Shown one piece after another: positions 13,253 through 25,406 of a stretch of DNA of 64,000 nt. The translations under genes were made by a program, and so were the position numbers. Source of the DNA: Oikopleura dioica (taxonomy: Eukaryota; Animalia; Chordata); assembly GCA_907165135.1 (NCBI GenBank), contig OU015567.1, forward strand, positions 4,340,001-4,404,000, in the 5' to 3' direction. The notes beneath the pieces were generated by a model. The model was not told where the DNA came from. It searched no databases and saw only the letters and a list, made by a program, of their open reading frames with translations. Numbering within the stretch: position 1 is the first letter of the stretch; every line of letters starts with the position of its first letter.

Positions 13253-13532
13253 TTTCACAAATTTCAAACTTAATATTTTTCAGATTTCTGGCGTTCGGAT
13301 TTTTATATGTACTTAGGGTGCAGAAATGATCAGAGAGACCGCGCATGTTAAACAAATTCTAGCGCCTTGATTATAAACTGCAGTCGATACATAGATTTTA
13401 TGACTCAGAAGAAAACCGACGACTACCCAACTCCAAACACTTCGACGACATTTTTTCAAAGGTCAGAGGGATTTTCTCGGCGACTGTTCTTTATTCTTCG
13501 CTTCAAGGATTCATGACAAAGCGAGAGAAAAA

Positions 13533-13888
13533 ATGAGAGTATTTATTCTTTTGCTCGGATTTGCTGCGGCGTTTTACGATACTGTAAGATAACTGTAATT
13601 GTATATTTATCTTATGAAAAATGTAGTACATCAACTATGACGAGGAGAATCAAAACCGCTCATTTGCTTACTGGGAATGGAGTATCCGAGAAGATCAGGG
13701 ACACACCCTTATGCCTGCGATGGGTAAAATATCTATTCCGGAGTAATTTCAACGTTCTTTCAGTTCGCGATTTCGGACCGACTGTTCCATGGGCCTGGCA
13801 ACGACCAACTTCAACCGAAGCGGGGGCTTTGACGAATGGAATTTCATGCGTTTTCGCTGTTTTTCTTGCTCTAAATGCACTTCTTTGA
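13533..13888 (+). CDS. Small (90 aa) secreted protein, possibly GPI-anchored
   Basis: Exons 13533-13583, 13627-13723 and 13764-13888, GT-AG introns, in frame: MRVFILLLGFAAAFYDT-YINYDEENQ...TSTEAGALTNGISCVFAVFLALNALL*. AATAAA lies at the stop. Not present as one ORF in the six-frame track. Confidence 0.7.
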
Positions 13889-14398
13889 ATAAAAACAATG
13901 AACGTATTGCTTCTATCATTGAAGTTGCCGTACTTTTCGAATATCAAGGTCTTGATGACCCTGGGGCAAGATTCTTGACTCAAGAAGATAGTTTTTGTAT
14001 TTTATAGCAGGAAAAAAATGAAGGAAAAGAAAGGTAAAAAATCGGAGTTGAACAGAAGATTGAGAATAGAATTAGAGTATGATCAGACGGGAGCCCAGTT
14101 CGAGGAAATAAACCCGCCGCGACGAGAAGGGGCACCTTGTCTTGGTTTGTTCATTTGATTCATCATCGGCGGAATAGCTAGAATTTCAATGAGACCTTGA
14201 AGCAACAAAATGATCTCTATTTCTTAACACCAAACAACACAAATTCTTACCACCAAAATATACACCAGATAAAGATTGAAGAAAAGGTAAAGACTATTGA
14301 AGAATAAAGTAAAGAATGCCAGTTCAATAAAGCTTCGGAATTTTAAAATGAGCATCAAAAATTTGGATTCAAATAATGAGAGAAGAATAAATTAAGTT

Positions 14399-16448
14399 TT
14401 AATTTCGAATCCTCGTATCAGATGTCCAGCTGTAGCCCAACAAGGCGTCAGAAAAGGAGCACTGGGAGAGTTCGGTCACCTCGCTAATGTAAGAGCGTTT
14501 TCTACTGGTTGAAGATAAACCTTGGCCGTTTGAAATCGAGCCGTTGATAATTTGGGGAGCTGCCGATCGCCAGGATGAAGCATTTGCGCCAGGCACTAGA
14601 AAAGATGCTTAAAGGGGGAAAGAATACAAGATCACTTACTGGTTACACTCTGTAGTTGCGTATTGGACTCGACGAAAGTCTGGCCCTGCCGATGCGTTCC
14701 ATCAGCGTTCAAATTTGCGCCAAGTTCGTAGCCAAAGTTCGCCCTCTTTTTCGCGTTACGGCCCTTGATAAATGCTGCTGCTTCACGGAGAAGTTCTTGA
14801 GTTGCTCTTTCGAGGAGATGGCGTTCTTCTCGAGGCAGGTCTTTTGGAATTGGGAGAACAGTGACTTGAAAACGGATTCAAAGGGTATTAGATAAAAAAG
14901 GAAAAATGATTGAGATCCGTTCCTCGAGCGTCTTCGGCAAAATCTTGGCCGGTGCAGACAACTTCATCTCGTCCACTGTCTCTTTCTCGTCGATTTTTCT
15001 TGATACGCTGTTCCTTTTGCTTTTCTTCCGCAACTCTATCAGCGTTCAATCGCCTGTCAACCTGTTTCTTCTGCTGATCGAACTTCAATCCCGTCAAAAT
15101 TTGGTTCTAAAGACAGTTAAATTCCTGCTAAAGAAGTTCATGATCACCTTGAGAGTTCTCGCAACAAACATATTGTCGATTTTAGCTCGCTTTTTCCAAG
15201 CTCCGACTCCAGCGACTTGCTCGTTGACGGACTTTTTCTGGATCTCTCCCATAATTTCAGCGATCGCGGTGTTGTTCAACTCTTCTTCGTTTTCAACCAC
15301 GGGTACTTGCAGCTCTAGAACACGAATGCATCCTCGCTTCCTTCCGATTCAAAAACTTACTGTCAATGAATTCATCGATAACTTCCGTGTTGCTCCATTT
15401 GCAGACGCCTTCTTCAACCAAAGTCATCCTGAAATTACTTTTTTAGCAACTCCCAAACCATGTTTTCTCACCAATAAGTAGCTTCAGAACTGAGCTTGGT
15501 GTCCAATTTGTACTTATTCACGTCTTTCATGATTTCGTCCAGCGCTTTTTGAGAATCCTCATCGTCAAATTTTTCCAACGCAAATCCATCATCCTCGATT
15601 TCTATGGAGAAAAATGAGTTTTATAAATTGCCGTCGTCGTTTTATCACCTATTGGTTCTGTATTCATTTTGATTTTCCCCTTCTTCATGCTTCTAGCGCT
15701 CTCTTCCGGCGAGCTTTTTCTTGGTCCAACAGAACTGGATTTGACAGTTGTAAACTTTCCAATAGGAACTCTTTTCGGGCCAATCATTCCAGTAGGCGTT
15801 GGTCTTCTCAGTGTCCTCGGCTGCATCGCGATCGGGATTTTGACGTTGACTTCGATTGGCTTTTCTGGCTGGTCGTCTTCTGAGTCGCAATCCATGTCCG
15901 ATTTGGACTGGTCGTCATCGATTGTTTCTTTTCGGAGGACAAATGAGCCTTGAATTAATAATTAAAAAAATAGGAAAATTGAAAAACGCGCGGAAAAAGA
16001 GATAAGCGAGAGAATCAAAGCGAAAACGACAACTACTGAAACCTCTTCTATCATATTTAGTCGACACACCGGTGGTCGGAAACGGTGGAGGTGTTTTCAC
16101 CCCATCAGGCGGCAGTGGACAGGATGCTTCTTCGCGAATAATTCGCTTTTCTTCGTTTTTTCGTTTGTCCTCCGCGTTGATTTCTTTGAGTAGATCTTCT
16201 GCTCGTGACTCTAGAATTCGTTGTTAAAAGTTAAGTTGGCTGAAAATGAAGAAACCTCTGGAACTAGAGCTGGATGAGGTATCGTCTTCCGAGCTCAGCT
16301 CAACGGTAGGGATCACTTCTGCTTCATTTAGCGAATTAGAATTCGCGTTGTTGTTCTTGTTTTCGGATGATTCCTCCTGGGGATCAGTTTGTTGGACAAG
16401 AGCGTCGAGAGGAACGTCATCATCTTCGTCCGATAGAACTATTGTCAT
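14399..16448 (-). CDS. Uncharacterised multi-exon protein with acidic N-terminus and predicted helical/coiled segments
   Basis: Chain of minus-strand ORF pieces (16448-16224, 15895-15602, 15300-15094, 15097-14888, 14596-14399) separated by short introns. No family recognised. Confidence 0.55.
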
Positions 16449-16925
16449 TCACACTTAATAAATTCGAGCATCAGAAGATGAATAAGGTGCCCATGTCATA
16501 TGGGACAGCTGACAGAGTCGAGAAGCCGCTCGCGGCTCCGAGCAAAAAATGAAAAAGCGCGGCTTCTCGATTAACTAGCCAGATATTGCCCCAAAAAATA
16601 GGAGAAAAAAACGGTTTTAGAAAAATCATTTATTGAATGAAAAATGTGGGATAGTTTTTCTAGCAGAAAAAAGAGAGGAGGGTAAGAATCACGTACTCTT
16701 GATTTGATCTTTGACAGAAAAAAAGGAATGCGGAAAAGTATCAATGTTAGATTGGTTGATGAGGTGCACGCAGATTTTTGGATGATTTGAGGTCTACAGT
16801 TTGAGTTTCAATCTTTTGAGCTTGAAACGGTTTCGGATACACAAAGAGTCAGGATTACAAAAGAGGTGTAAAATTCGGTCTGTAACAACTGTTACTGTAA
16901 TCAATACAGCAGTGTTTTTCGTCGT

Positions 16926-18392
16926 CTAAAGTCGTCTGACAGAACGTTTCGTCTTGTCGGGAGAAAAGAGCTTGCGCGTGATGGGCTTTGGATTTGGGCA
17001 CATGCCTTCGCCGTGTGTCCCGCGGCAGAGGCAGCAAAAGACGCGAGAGCAGGAAGAATGGATGCAGATGCCACGGCCGGTCGTCGTTTTCTTTGCGTAG
17101 TTTTTGCAGAAAGGGCAGTAGGCGTAGATTTGCTCGCCGTTTACGAGAGAAGCTGAAATCATAAGATAAGAATACTTATTTAGATTCAAACTAAATAGGA
17201 AACAAAAACCTGACTCAGGCTACCTGAGGCTGGGCCTGAACCTGTGAAGAAACCTGAGTAAGAGTCCTATTCTAGTGCGGCCCCAAATTACCTTTGACTC
17301 TCGCCCAATGTTCCGTTTTCCTCGTCACTGGGCCTCGCAGAACAGCTGCAGTTATGGGCGAATGGGTATTGAGCGACTTTACAGGCGACATTTTTGGCGC
17401 CCTGTTCGCGAAAGAATCTCGACTTTTCAGCAGCGAAGCAGTTTTCCAATTTGGAGAGCGATTTCTGTTCAAGTTCTTCTTTTTAATTCTCATTGCTCGC
17501 GCATAAGCAGTCAGTGTTTTCTTGTGGCGGCGGGTGATGAACGTCTGCCACGATTTTGAAACTTGCGAACACTAGAATTGGAATTGCCCAACTTGAAACG
17601 CTGGAAAAAGGAGACTTACATTGTGGATATCAGGAGCTTCCAGAGCGCCGAAGATTTTGTCACGGATATGGAGCAAATTTTGATCTTCTAGTTTTGCCAA
17701 AATATCGAAAGTTTGAGGCGTTTCTTCTTTTTCTGGAGTTCTTGGATCTTTTGCAGGCTGAGGATTTCGTCCCTTGATGCCCTCTGGAGAAGAAAACTGT
17801 AAATGATTAAAATCTTATTCAAAAAGAATAAACTTACCATTGCGATTAAGTTTTTAGAGCAAACTTTGGCCGGACTCGCAAATTTCCGCGCTCTATCGCG
17901 CAACTCCGGCGTGTTTGGTTCTGATCCCATTCCTTCATCTTCTGAAACACTCATTCTTTTCGACCGGATGACATTCGCGAAGACAGGATTTGAAATTTCA
18001 GCGCTAGAATTGGCCTCGTTTCCTTGCATTTTCTTCGGCGAGTTTTTGAAAAACTCTGCTGTTAAGTTTTTCTTTCCTAAAAAACGTCAGTAAGATTTTC
18101 TTCAAAAAAGGGTTTACCTTTGTCTATCATTTCTTCAGTCAAACCACGTGACTTTCGAGTTCTCATGCGATCACTAAAAGTTGTTATCCTCAAGAACGAA
18201 ATTCTATAGCTCACCATTCAGGAGTAATGAAGAGTTTTCTGATGCCAGAGCTGATCTCTGACATTCACCGATTTTTTTCTCGAGTTTTTGATTTTCAATC
18301 TTTTTTTGCTCTTTTCCTCCTTTCAAACTTGAAAAATTGATTTTCGTCCCCCGCGATTTCGCATTGTCCGCGCTCGAAGCGTGACTCATCAA
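16926..18392 (-). CDS. Emi1/Emi2-type APC/C inhibitor (FBXO5/FBXO43 family)
   Basis: F-box (FDILAKLEDQNLLHIRDKIFGALEAPDIHNCSQVSKSWQTFI), C-terminal zinc-binding region (CPFC...CIHSSCSRVFCCLCRGTHGEGMC) and terminal RL tail (KTKRSVRRL*). Confidence 0.85.
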
Positions 18393-18517
18393 TTCCTGGC
18401 TTTCTTACTCATTTTCCCACAGAGCGCGCCATTTTTAGAAAAATTTAGAAAAGATGCTGAGAGGTGGGCTGAAGCAGTTTTCGGCGCTAGAATTGTCGAA
18501 GAGAAGCATTAAGAGAT

Positions 18518-19679
18518 ATGCCTGGACGCAGAGAAGACTGGATGTTGATGGTGCTCAAGGATGGGATCATGAAGGGTGAGTTTATTTTCGCTGTGGAATT
18601 TCAATTGTTTGAAGATTACAAGAAATCAGATTCGTGTGATAAGTTGCATTTCAGATTCACCAATGTCGACCGAAATTTAACCCGTTTCCACCAGGACACA
18701 GCGATGCCAGCCGTGGACGGAGCCACAACTTTTGAAACTGCCGCGAAAGTGCTTGGAAATGGCTGGGTCATCCATAAAGTACCCCTTTCTCCTCCATTTT
18801 CTATTCATTTATTTCAATTTCAGCGATCGGGCATCAACAAGAAAAAGTACCGACAAAACGCGACTGGTCAAGAATTCGCAAAATACATGAACCGACGGGT
18901 CGTTGCCTCGAATCATCATCACACCATGGCGCACAAGCTCATTCCTCCGAATCAACTCAGACAGCGATGGACAGTTTCCGACCCCTTCAAAGGTACTTAT
19001 TTCAGTAAAAATTGTATTTTTAAGAGAATTTATACAGACCGCAGGAAAGATATTCTTTAATTAAATATATAAATTACATATAAATACATATTTTTTTAAA
19101 AAAACCTGTTATATCAATAAATGGTATTAACTTTTAATGACTCACATTTTGAAGAATCGTTGAAAAATGTCGTTAAATAATTTACCGCTTCATTTTTACA
19201 AATTTTTCTGGTGTCCGATGTGATCCACCGCGCTTATATCCCCGAAAGCCAGCTGATAGAAATCTGCCTAGTACATCTCACCCGGCCTTAGTTCATTCCT
19301 AAAAGGAAAGAATCTCACCATCTTGTCCACCCTGCCTGCGACTCCGGCCTTTTCCTCTTTCTCATCACATTTTTTACGCGAAATCACGCTCTTTTCAGGC
19401 TACGACGACGAAGCGCACATGTGGTACGTTCCAGAAAACATCCCAGTCGAAGATCCAATTCCAAAAACTGCCGAAGAACGCCGCCAACTCTACGTTGCGA
19501 AGAAACAGTGGCCAACTCGAGCTCCATGCGGCCGATTGCTAGAAAAAGCAGAGCGACGATCGGATACGACGATGCACGACACCGGAAAACCAAACCCGAA
19601 TCATAACACAGATCGGTCTTCTGCGCTGAATAGATTTTCTTTCAAGCATAATATTTCGCTGTCTGACTTTCAAAATTAA
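18518..19679 (+). CDS. Uncharacterised multi-exon protein, first gene of a putative operon
   Basis: Coding segments MPGRREDWMLMVLKDGIMK / FTNVDRNL...WVIHK / RSGINKK...SDPFK / YDDEAHMWY...LSDFQN* separated by short GT-AG introns. Confidence 0.65.
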
Positions 19680-19770
19680 AAATATAACTCCACTGAATCC
19701 TTCCTAAACATCTTCCCTACAGATTGTTGTGACCGAATTTCGTTTGAAAAAGATACTGTAAGCAGCAGTC

Positions 19771-21165
19771 ATGGATTTCGCGACCAAGTACATGGCCGCC
19801 AAAGGCTGGACAGCGGGCGACGGTCTTGGCAAAAACAGACACGGTAGAAAAGATCCAGTCAAGGTAAGCTTCTCCAAGGACAAATTGGTTCTCTACTCGC
19901 AATTTTAGGTGAAATATAAATTCGACATCAACGGATTGGGACACGATAAAGCGGAATCGGACAAATACAAATGGTGGGAGCGAGCTTTTCAGAGCGCTTC
20001 GGATGCTATTCAAGTTGGAAAAGGTTAATTACATTTGCATTCATCTTCTTCTTACGATTCTCTTCAGACAACAAGATTGAAAAAGTCGAGGGAAAGGAGA
20101 CAATTGTTTCAACTTCCAGACCAATGAGCAAATCATTGAATAAAGCCTTGCTCTACGGCAGTCACTTCGTCAAAGCGGTAAGACTGAAAAGCCGTGGGAA
20201 GCGGTCTAAAAATGATTTCAAGGGAGTGATGAGCGGCGGTAAATTCACGAGAGAAGAAAACTCCTCGGATTCAGACTCGTCGTCCGACTCAGAAGACGAA
20301 GCAACAAAAGGAAAGATCGTGGAAGTCTCCGACGAAGCCCTTTTCGCCGCTTGTGGAGGAATGACGGGACACAAGGGTGCTCGGCACGGAATCAACATGA
20401 CGGCCAAACTGGCCAGAATCAAGGAACAAGAGCGACTTGGCCTGGAAAAGATGAAGAATATGTACAAGAAGACAGAAGATGCGGCGAAAGAAGCAGAGAA
20501 ACAAAAAGAAGAAGCGTTCAACGAATCACTGGTACTTATTGAAATCGAGAAGCCGATTGCAGCTTCGAGCTTCAAGTGAAAGAAGCCGCGAATGCAAGCG
20601 GCTTATTGACTTCTCGATTTTTAAACATGTTTTATTAGGAAAAGAGCGCGAAAAAGAAGAAAAAAGCTAGAAAGTTCGAAGAACCTGAAGTCGAAGAAAA
20701 CATTCCAACAAAGCGAGTCAAAGTCGACGAGGAAAATAATGAAGAAGAAGTCGAAGAGTCCGAAAAGCCGAAAAAGAAAAAGAAGAAAAGCAAGAGCAAG
20801 AAAGAGAAGGAGGAACAAATGGTCGAAGAAGTAGAAGCTGAGCTTGAAGGAACGGGTTTTCGAAAGAGCAGCTTTACTCTTCAGTTTTTTGTCTTATTCA
20901 AAACTTGAAAACCGCGTTTGAAGAAGTTTCGTTAAAAAAGAAGAAGAAAAAGTCGAAGAAAAAGAAAGTAATCGAGAACGAAGAGGCAGAGGAAAATGAT
21001 CCTCAAGAAGAGAACAGCGAAGAGCCCAAGAAATCTAAAAAGAAAAAGAAGAGCAAAAAGCAAGAGCTCGAATCGGAAGTAGTAAAGGAAGTCAAAGAAG
21101 AGGACGATTCTTCAAGTTCAAAGAAAAAGAAGAAAAAGAGAAAGAAACAGAAAGTCGAAGAGTAA
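19771..21165 (+). CDS. GPATCH4: G-patch domain-containing protein 4
   Basis: N-terminal G-patch (MDFATKYMAAKGWTAGDGLGKNRHG...GLGHD...KWWERAF), the conserved C-terminal block SDEALFAACGGMTGHKGARHGINMTAKLARIKEQE and a K/E-rich tail. Includes a GA-AG intron near 20850. Confidence 0.85.
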
Positions 21166-21452
21166 ATATTTTTCTCCCTGCAACTCATTTCAACTCTGTT
21201 TTATATTGAATAAAAACATGAATGAGTTAAACCTTGAAAAAAATTCCGGATTCAGAAAAAATCTGTAATTTACTATCAGCAATTGCTACAATTTACAAGT
21301 GCAATCATGTTTCAAAAGTCACTTAGGATCGTTTTTTTTCGAACTTCAGCGTCATTTTACGTTTTCACATTGAAATTTTTATCGCCCGTGCAAATTTCAC
21401 TGGCTTTTTCGTTCGTTTCGCCCTGGAAACGCCCCGTTCAATTCACGAGAAA

Positions 21453-23818
21453 ATGATATTCTTTCGATTTTATCTTGCTCTAATCCCTATCTTCGGTGCA
21501 ATCATCAGATCTTGCCCTTCGTTTGTCACCTAATTTCCGCTGCCCTCTACCCTTTTTTCAGTGATCAGAACGCATCCGACGAGTGCAACGGAAAATGTCG
21601 AATGATTTACACAAATTGCCGTACCTTTTGCGAGACGATTTCCTGCGAAGAAGCATGTTCCGATGAATACTCTTCTTGCCAAGACGACTGTCCCTGTGGT
21701 GCGAACTGTCCTGAAGGTTGTGTCGGCTGCGAGAGTGAATTTTGTCCGAAGAGGAAGTATTTGACAGTCATCGGGGACTACTATAACGAGCGAATGAGCT
21801 ATGTTACGGCAACGGATGGATCTTACAGGGACGGATTTTGATCTTCTTATCTGAACATTTGAATTTTACAAATTTAATGGGCCGTTATCAAGAAGCTTTA
21901 GTAGGGGGTCATCAGTTTGGCCGACCCTTTCTATAAGCCCAGGGCTGCACAATTGGATTGGAATCCAATTGGTTTCCAATTCCAATTGGATTGGATTGGT
22001 AAATTGGTTGGAAAAAAGGCGGAAAAATCAGGGTCTGTCCAATTGGACAGCCCTTCCAATTGGAAAATGGGGGTCCAATTGGCAACTGGTCGCCAATTGG
22101 TAAATTGGCAAAATGATTGGATCAAAGCACCTCTTTCCATGCGGAAATGCCAGATTATGCTTGAATCAGTGCCCCAAACGACCAGTTGGGCAATAATTTT
22201 CGATCTTAAAGTCAAAAGAATCGGACTGATGGTGGGATTTTCGATAGATAAGGGCTATAAAAATAAGTTTCGAGGGACTTTTGATTCAGTTAGAGGAGGA
22301 AGAGGGCAAAAATAGTTGTAAAGAATGCAAAAATTAGCGAAATTTAGGAATTTTCCTCGGCGAGGGCTTGCCCAACTGCCCGAAAGCGCTGAATTGCCCA
22401 AAAGTGCCCATATTGGCAATATGATATTGCTCAAATCATTTGGGCCAAATGACCGAAATGCCCGCTCTTTCCCGGCTAAATTTTAGGGGCTTAGCTGTCC
22501 GAATGCTCGGCCGAACGCTTTTTCCCCGAATGCCCGATGCCGATTCGCTTAAAAAATTCTCTCGTTTGTAAATTTTAAAGGATTATTTTAAATGAACTCT
22601 TTAAAAAAACTGAATTTTCCAATTAAAATCCGATTTTCCATTGGAATTTGGCTGTCCAATTGGAAAACTCGTGCCAATTGGAAGCAAGATTCCAATTGCC
22701 GATAGGTCCGCCAAATTCCAATTGGAAATTGGAATTGGATTGGAGTTTGGTTGGATTGGCAAAATTTGGGTTGGATTGGATTGGCAGTTGGTTGGAAAAA
22801 TCCAAATTTTTTTGCCAATTGTGCAGCCCTGATAAGCCTAACCTAGGGGTCAAAATCCGCGAAAGAAACGATACTTTTTACCGAACACCTTCCGTTTCTC
22901 CAACTGATGGCTACCTCCACAACGCTGGATACGCATTCATAAAGGACCAACTGTACATTTTCGGTGGAAACACCGACGAGTACAAGATCGCCAAACTTCT
23001 CGGCTGCGAATTCAAAGAATTGGAACTAAAGCTCCTCCGACACTTCCGCGCGAATACTGGCACGCTTCAAACGACTGCTGATCATTCTCAAGTGTTCATT
23101 TGCTTCAGTTGGGCTGTTGGAATGTGTCAAATCTTCGACGAAACAAGCGTGGTGGAGAGCAGCTACAAATCAGCGCACGATCATAAATACGGCTGCCTGG
23201 GATTGTATGAAGGATCGATCATTGCTGTTGGCGGTTATTCCGGGAAGAAGGTCGAGTTTTATCGACCATCTGGCTGGGAAAATTCAATAGTAAATGGGTT
23301 GACTCCAGAACAACAGCTCTACAAAGGGCTTCGAACTAAAGCAGCGGTTTTATTTTGTCTGCTATAAAATCCAGCTCTTTTTCAACCCCGAAATAGACCA
23401 TCCGCGAGAACTGAGATATCAAACTTGTCTGAATCTTCCGGAAGGTGTCTTGACTCTCGGAGGCGGTTGGGCTGGCGAATACTTTTCCGACATCTATATT
23501 TTCAAGCAAATGCGATGGAATCAAGTCGGCCAACTTTCATCGGTGAAAGAACCTGCTTTGAATTAGCTTTTTATTCAATTTTAGCCAAAACGATCCGTCA
23601 CTGCTTATTTCCTTGATGACCACATTTTCTCATTTCCTGGAGATGTTCTGTAAGCTGTATTCGAATTGTCACTTATTAACTTGATTTTAAGACCTCTTGA
23701 TGTCGAAAAAATGAGCTTCAACGACAATTTGGTCGACGACCGAGTGATTCTGTTCAACCATACGAATGCTGTCACGCATCCAATTGTTTTTGAGTCTTCT
23801 GTTGATTTATGCAGATGA
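21453..23818 (+). CDS. Secreted protein with Cys-rich N-terminus (CPC..NCP.GC..C) and kelch-like beta-propeller repeats
   Basis: Signal peptide MIFFRFYLALIPIFG, Cys-rich exon 21562-21828, propeller-like motifs (LYIFGG, IIAVGG, VLTLGG) in 22870-23818; AATAAA directly after the stop. Two junctions need non-GT donors. Confidence 0.7.
21940..22831. mobile_element. Non-autonomous TIR element, CAGGGCTGCACAATTGG family, copy 1 (892 bp, 7-bp TSD)
   Basis: Perfect 17-bp TIRs, TSD ATAAGCC (21933-21939 / 22832-22838), many subterminal CCAATTGG-like repeats; homologous to 36094-37038. Intronic. Confidence 0.92.
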
Positions 23819-25006
23819 ATAAAGACATACAGTGAATGAAAATTTACGGAAACTGACAACCAGACGGAGAAGCGTCTCGTAGCCATGCGCGGGTAAATGA
23901 TAGAGAAAAAGCACGTGAAGACTCCAACTGGTGCGCTTGGTTTCAGATAGTTCAGAGTAAACGGCAAACCGGCTAAAATTCTGGTGTGTCATTATTCGAT
24001 AACAGCCAGGCGGTTTGCTACAAAAGTTGCTTCCCAGCGCGAACGCAGTGGAAGTACACAATTCTGAGGAATTGCGGAATATTGAATACCGAAAGGAGAC
24101 GCCTCAAAGGTCCGGCCTCTCTCTCTGAATTGATCTTTATGGTGTCTGTGTCGCTGGCCTCGAAAAAAAAATTGACGACTCCCCTTTTTCACTTCAGCTT
24201 GATAAGAGTCCCCTCGATCGATATTTCACACAATTAACGTCATTATGAGTGACTGTTTTTAAATCAAAAATGTTTATTAAAAATATAAATCAATATTTTA
24301 TGAAATCATGATTTTTTTGAGAGACTCTGATCAAACATCTTCAATTTTCAGTTTTTTGAATCAGTACTCCCAACTTGGGAGTCCCAACAGAGATAATAAC
24401 ATGACCGATTGAACCTACTTTTGGTGAATTGTTAGTTTGAACTTTATTCGTTAAAGTTGCCCCTCTCTTGAGATAGGGCAGTGATTTAGTCGTTTTTAGC
24501 CTCAGAGTCCAGTGCTCTTATATGGATTTTAATCATAGTATGATCATCCGAAGAAATTCATATATGCCTCATCTTCAGCTTAATCCCTGTCGTTCACCAA
24601 TAACCCCATATCTCCTGTTAAAACACGGTTTTATGGTGCTTCGGAGGAATATTATAAATTCTGAACTTACGAAGCAAGCAGTATTTTTCTGAATCAAGAA
24701 ATCAACGCTTTATTATCCCATTAAACTGTTTATAAAAGAAGTAGCTTTGACAACAGGACTTTTGCCTTTCTCATGTGGAGCTTCAACCTTCGCGATTACT
24801 TCAGGATTGCCAAAGATGATCCCGCCGAATTCGTTTCGGTTATCAAGCAAGTCAGCGCTCAGCAGTGCCTTGCAAGGATTTTCAAGAGAAGCAAAATGTG
24901 GGAAGATTGTCTGATTGAATCCTTGGCTTAATGTTTCCAGTATTCGCACTTGTATGAACATCTTTTTAGGTTTATATAGAGTCTTCTGAGCGTAATTATG
25001 TTGCAT
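23807..25006 (-). other. Possible multi-exon gene, structure unresolved
   Basis: Coding-like minus-strand ORFs at 25006-24713 and 24192-23807, but I could not join them in frame. Confidence 0.3.
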
Positions 25007-25030
25007 GCTTAACTATCAAAAACCTTTGAA

Positions 25031-25150
25031 CGGCAACCTGTGTAGAAAACCTGACTCAGGATTCGTAAATTCTTTAATGAAAAAAGAAGCCTCGCAGCTT
25101 TGAGGCCTTGATTCCTGACTCAGGTTTTCTACGCAGGTTTCCGAGCCTAG
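25031..25150. repeat. Hairpin miniature element, CCTGA(G/C)TCAGG family
   Basis: Arms CGGCAACCTGTGTAGAAAACCTGACTCAGG / CCTGACTCAGGTTTTCTACGCAGGTTTCCG. Other copies at 17205-17265 (partial), 27128-27222, 49716-49920, 50470-50576 and 51093-51193. Confidence 0.85.
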
Positions 25151-25406
25151 ACCCTAACTCATTTAATAAACCTTCCATTACTACCAAGCATGCTTCTGTA
25201 AAAAGCCAGGGATGTACCAGAAACAAGCCCGTTCAAAAGTAAAAAGAAGCGATTCATATTTTCTTTTTCTCGAAAAATTGATTGATTGAATTGATGCATG
25301 TGTTCTTTTTATACATCAGCTGTGAATATCTGAGTTGTTTTATTTGCATATTCAGGCGTCTTTGATCAAGGATGAACAAGAGGTACCTTGAGCATTCATA
25401 TCTGCT

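Noticed and set aside
20905-21165. Poly-Lys/Glu ORF resembling a simple repeat
   Set aside because: It is the last exon of GPATCH4, whose C-terminus is normally K/E-rich.
21917-22853. ORFs rich in QL/DW/NW repeats, and a CRISPR-like look of the CCAATTGG repeats
   Set aside because: These are subterminal repeats of a TIR element. Spacing is irregular, there are no unique spacers and no cas genes, and the context is eukaryotic.
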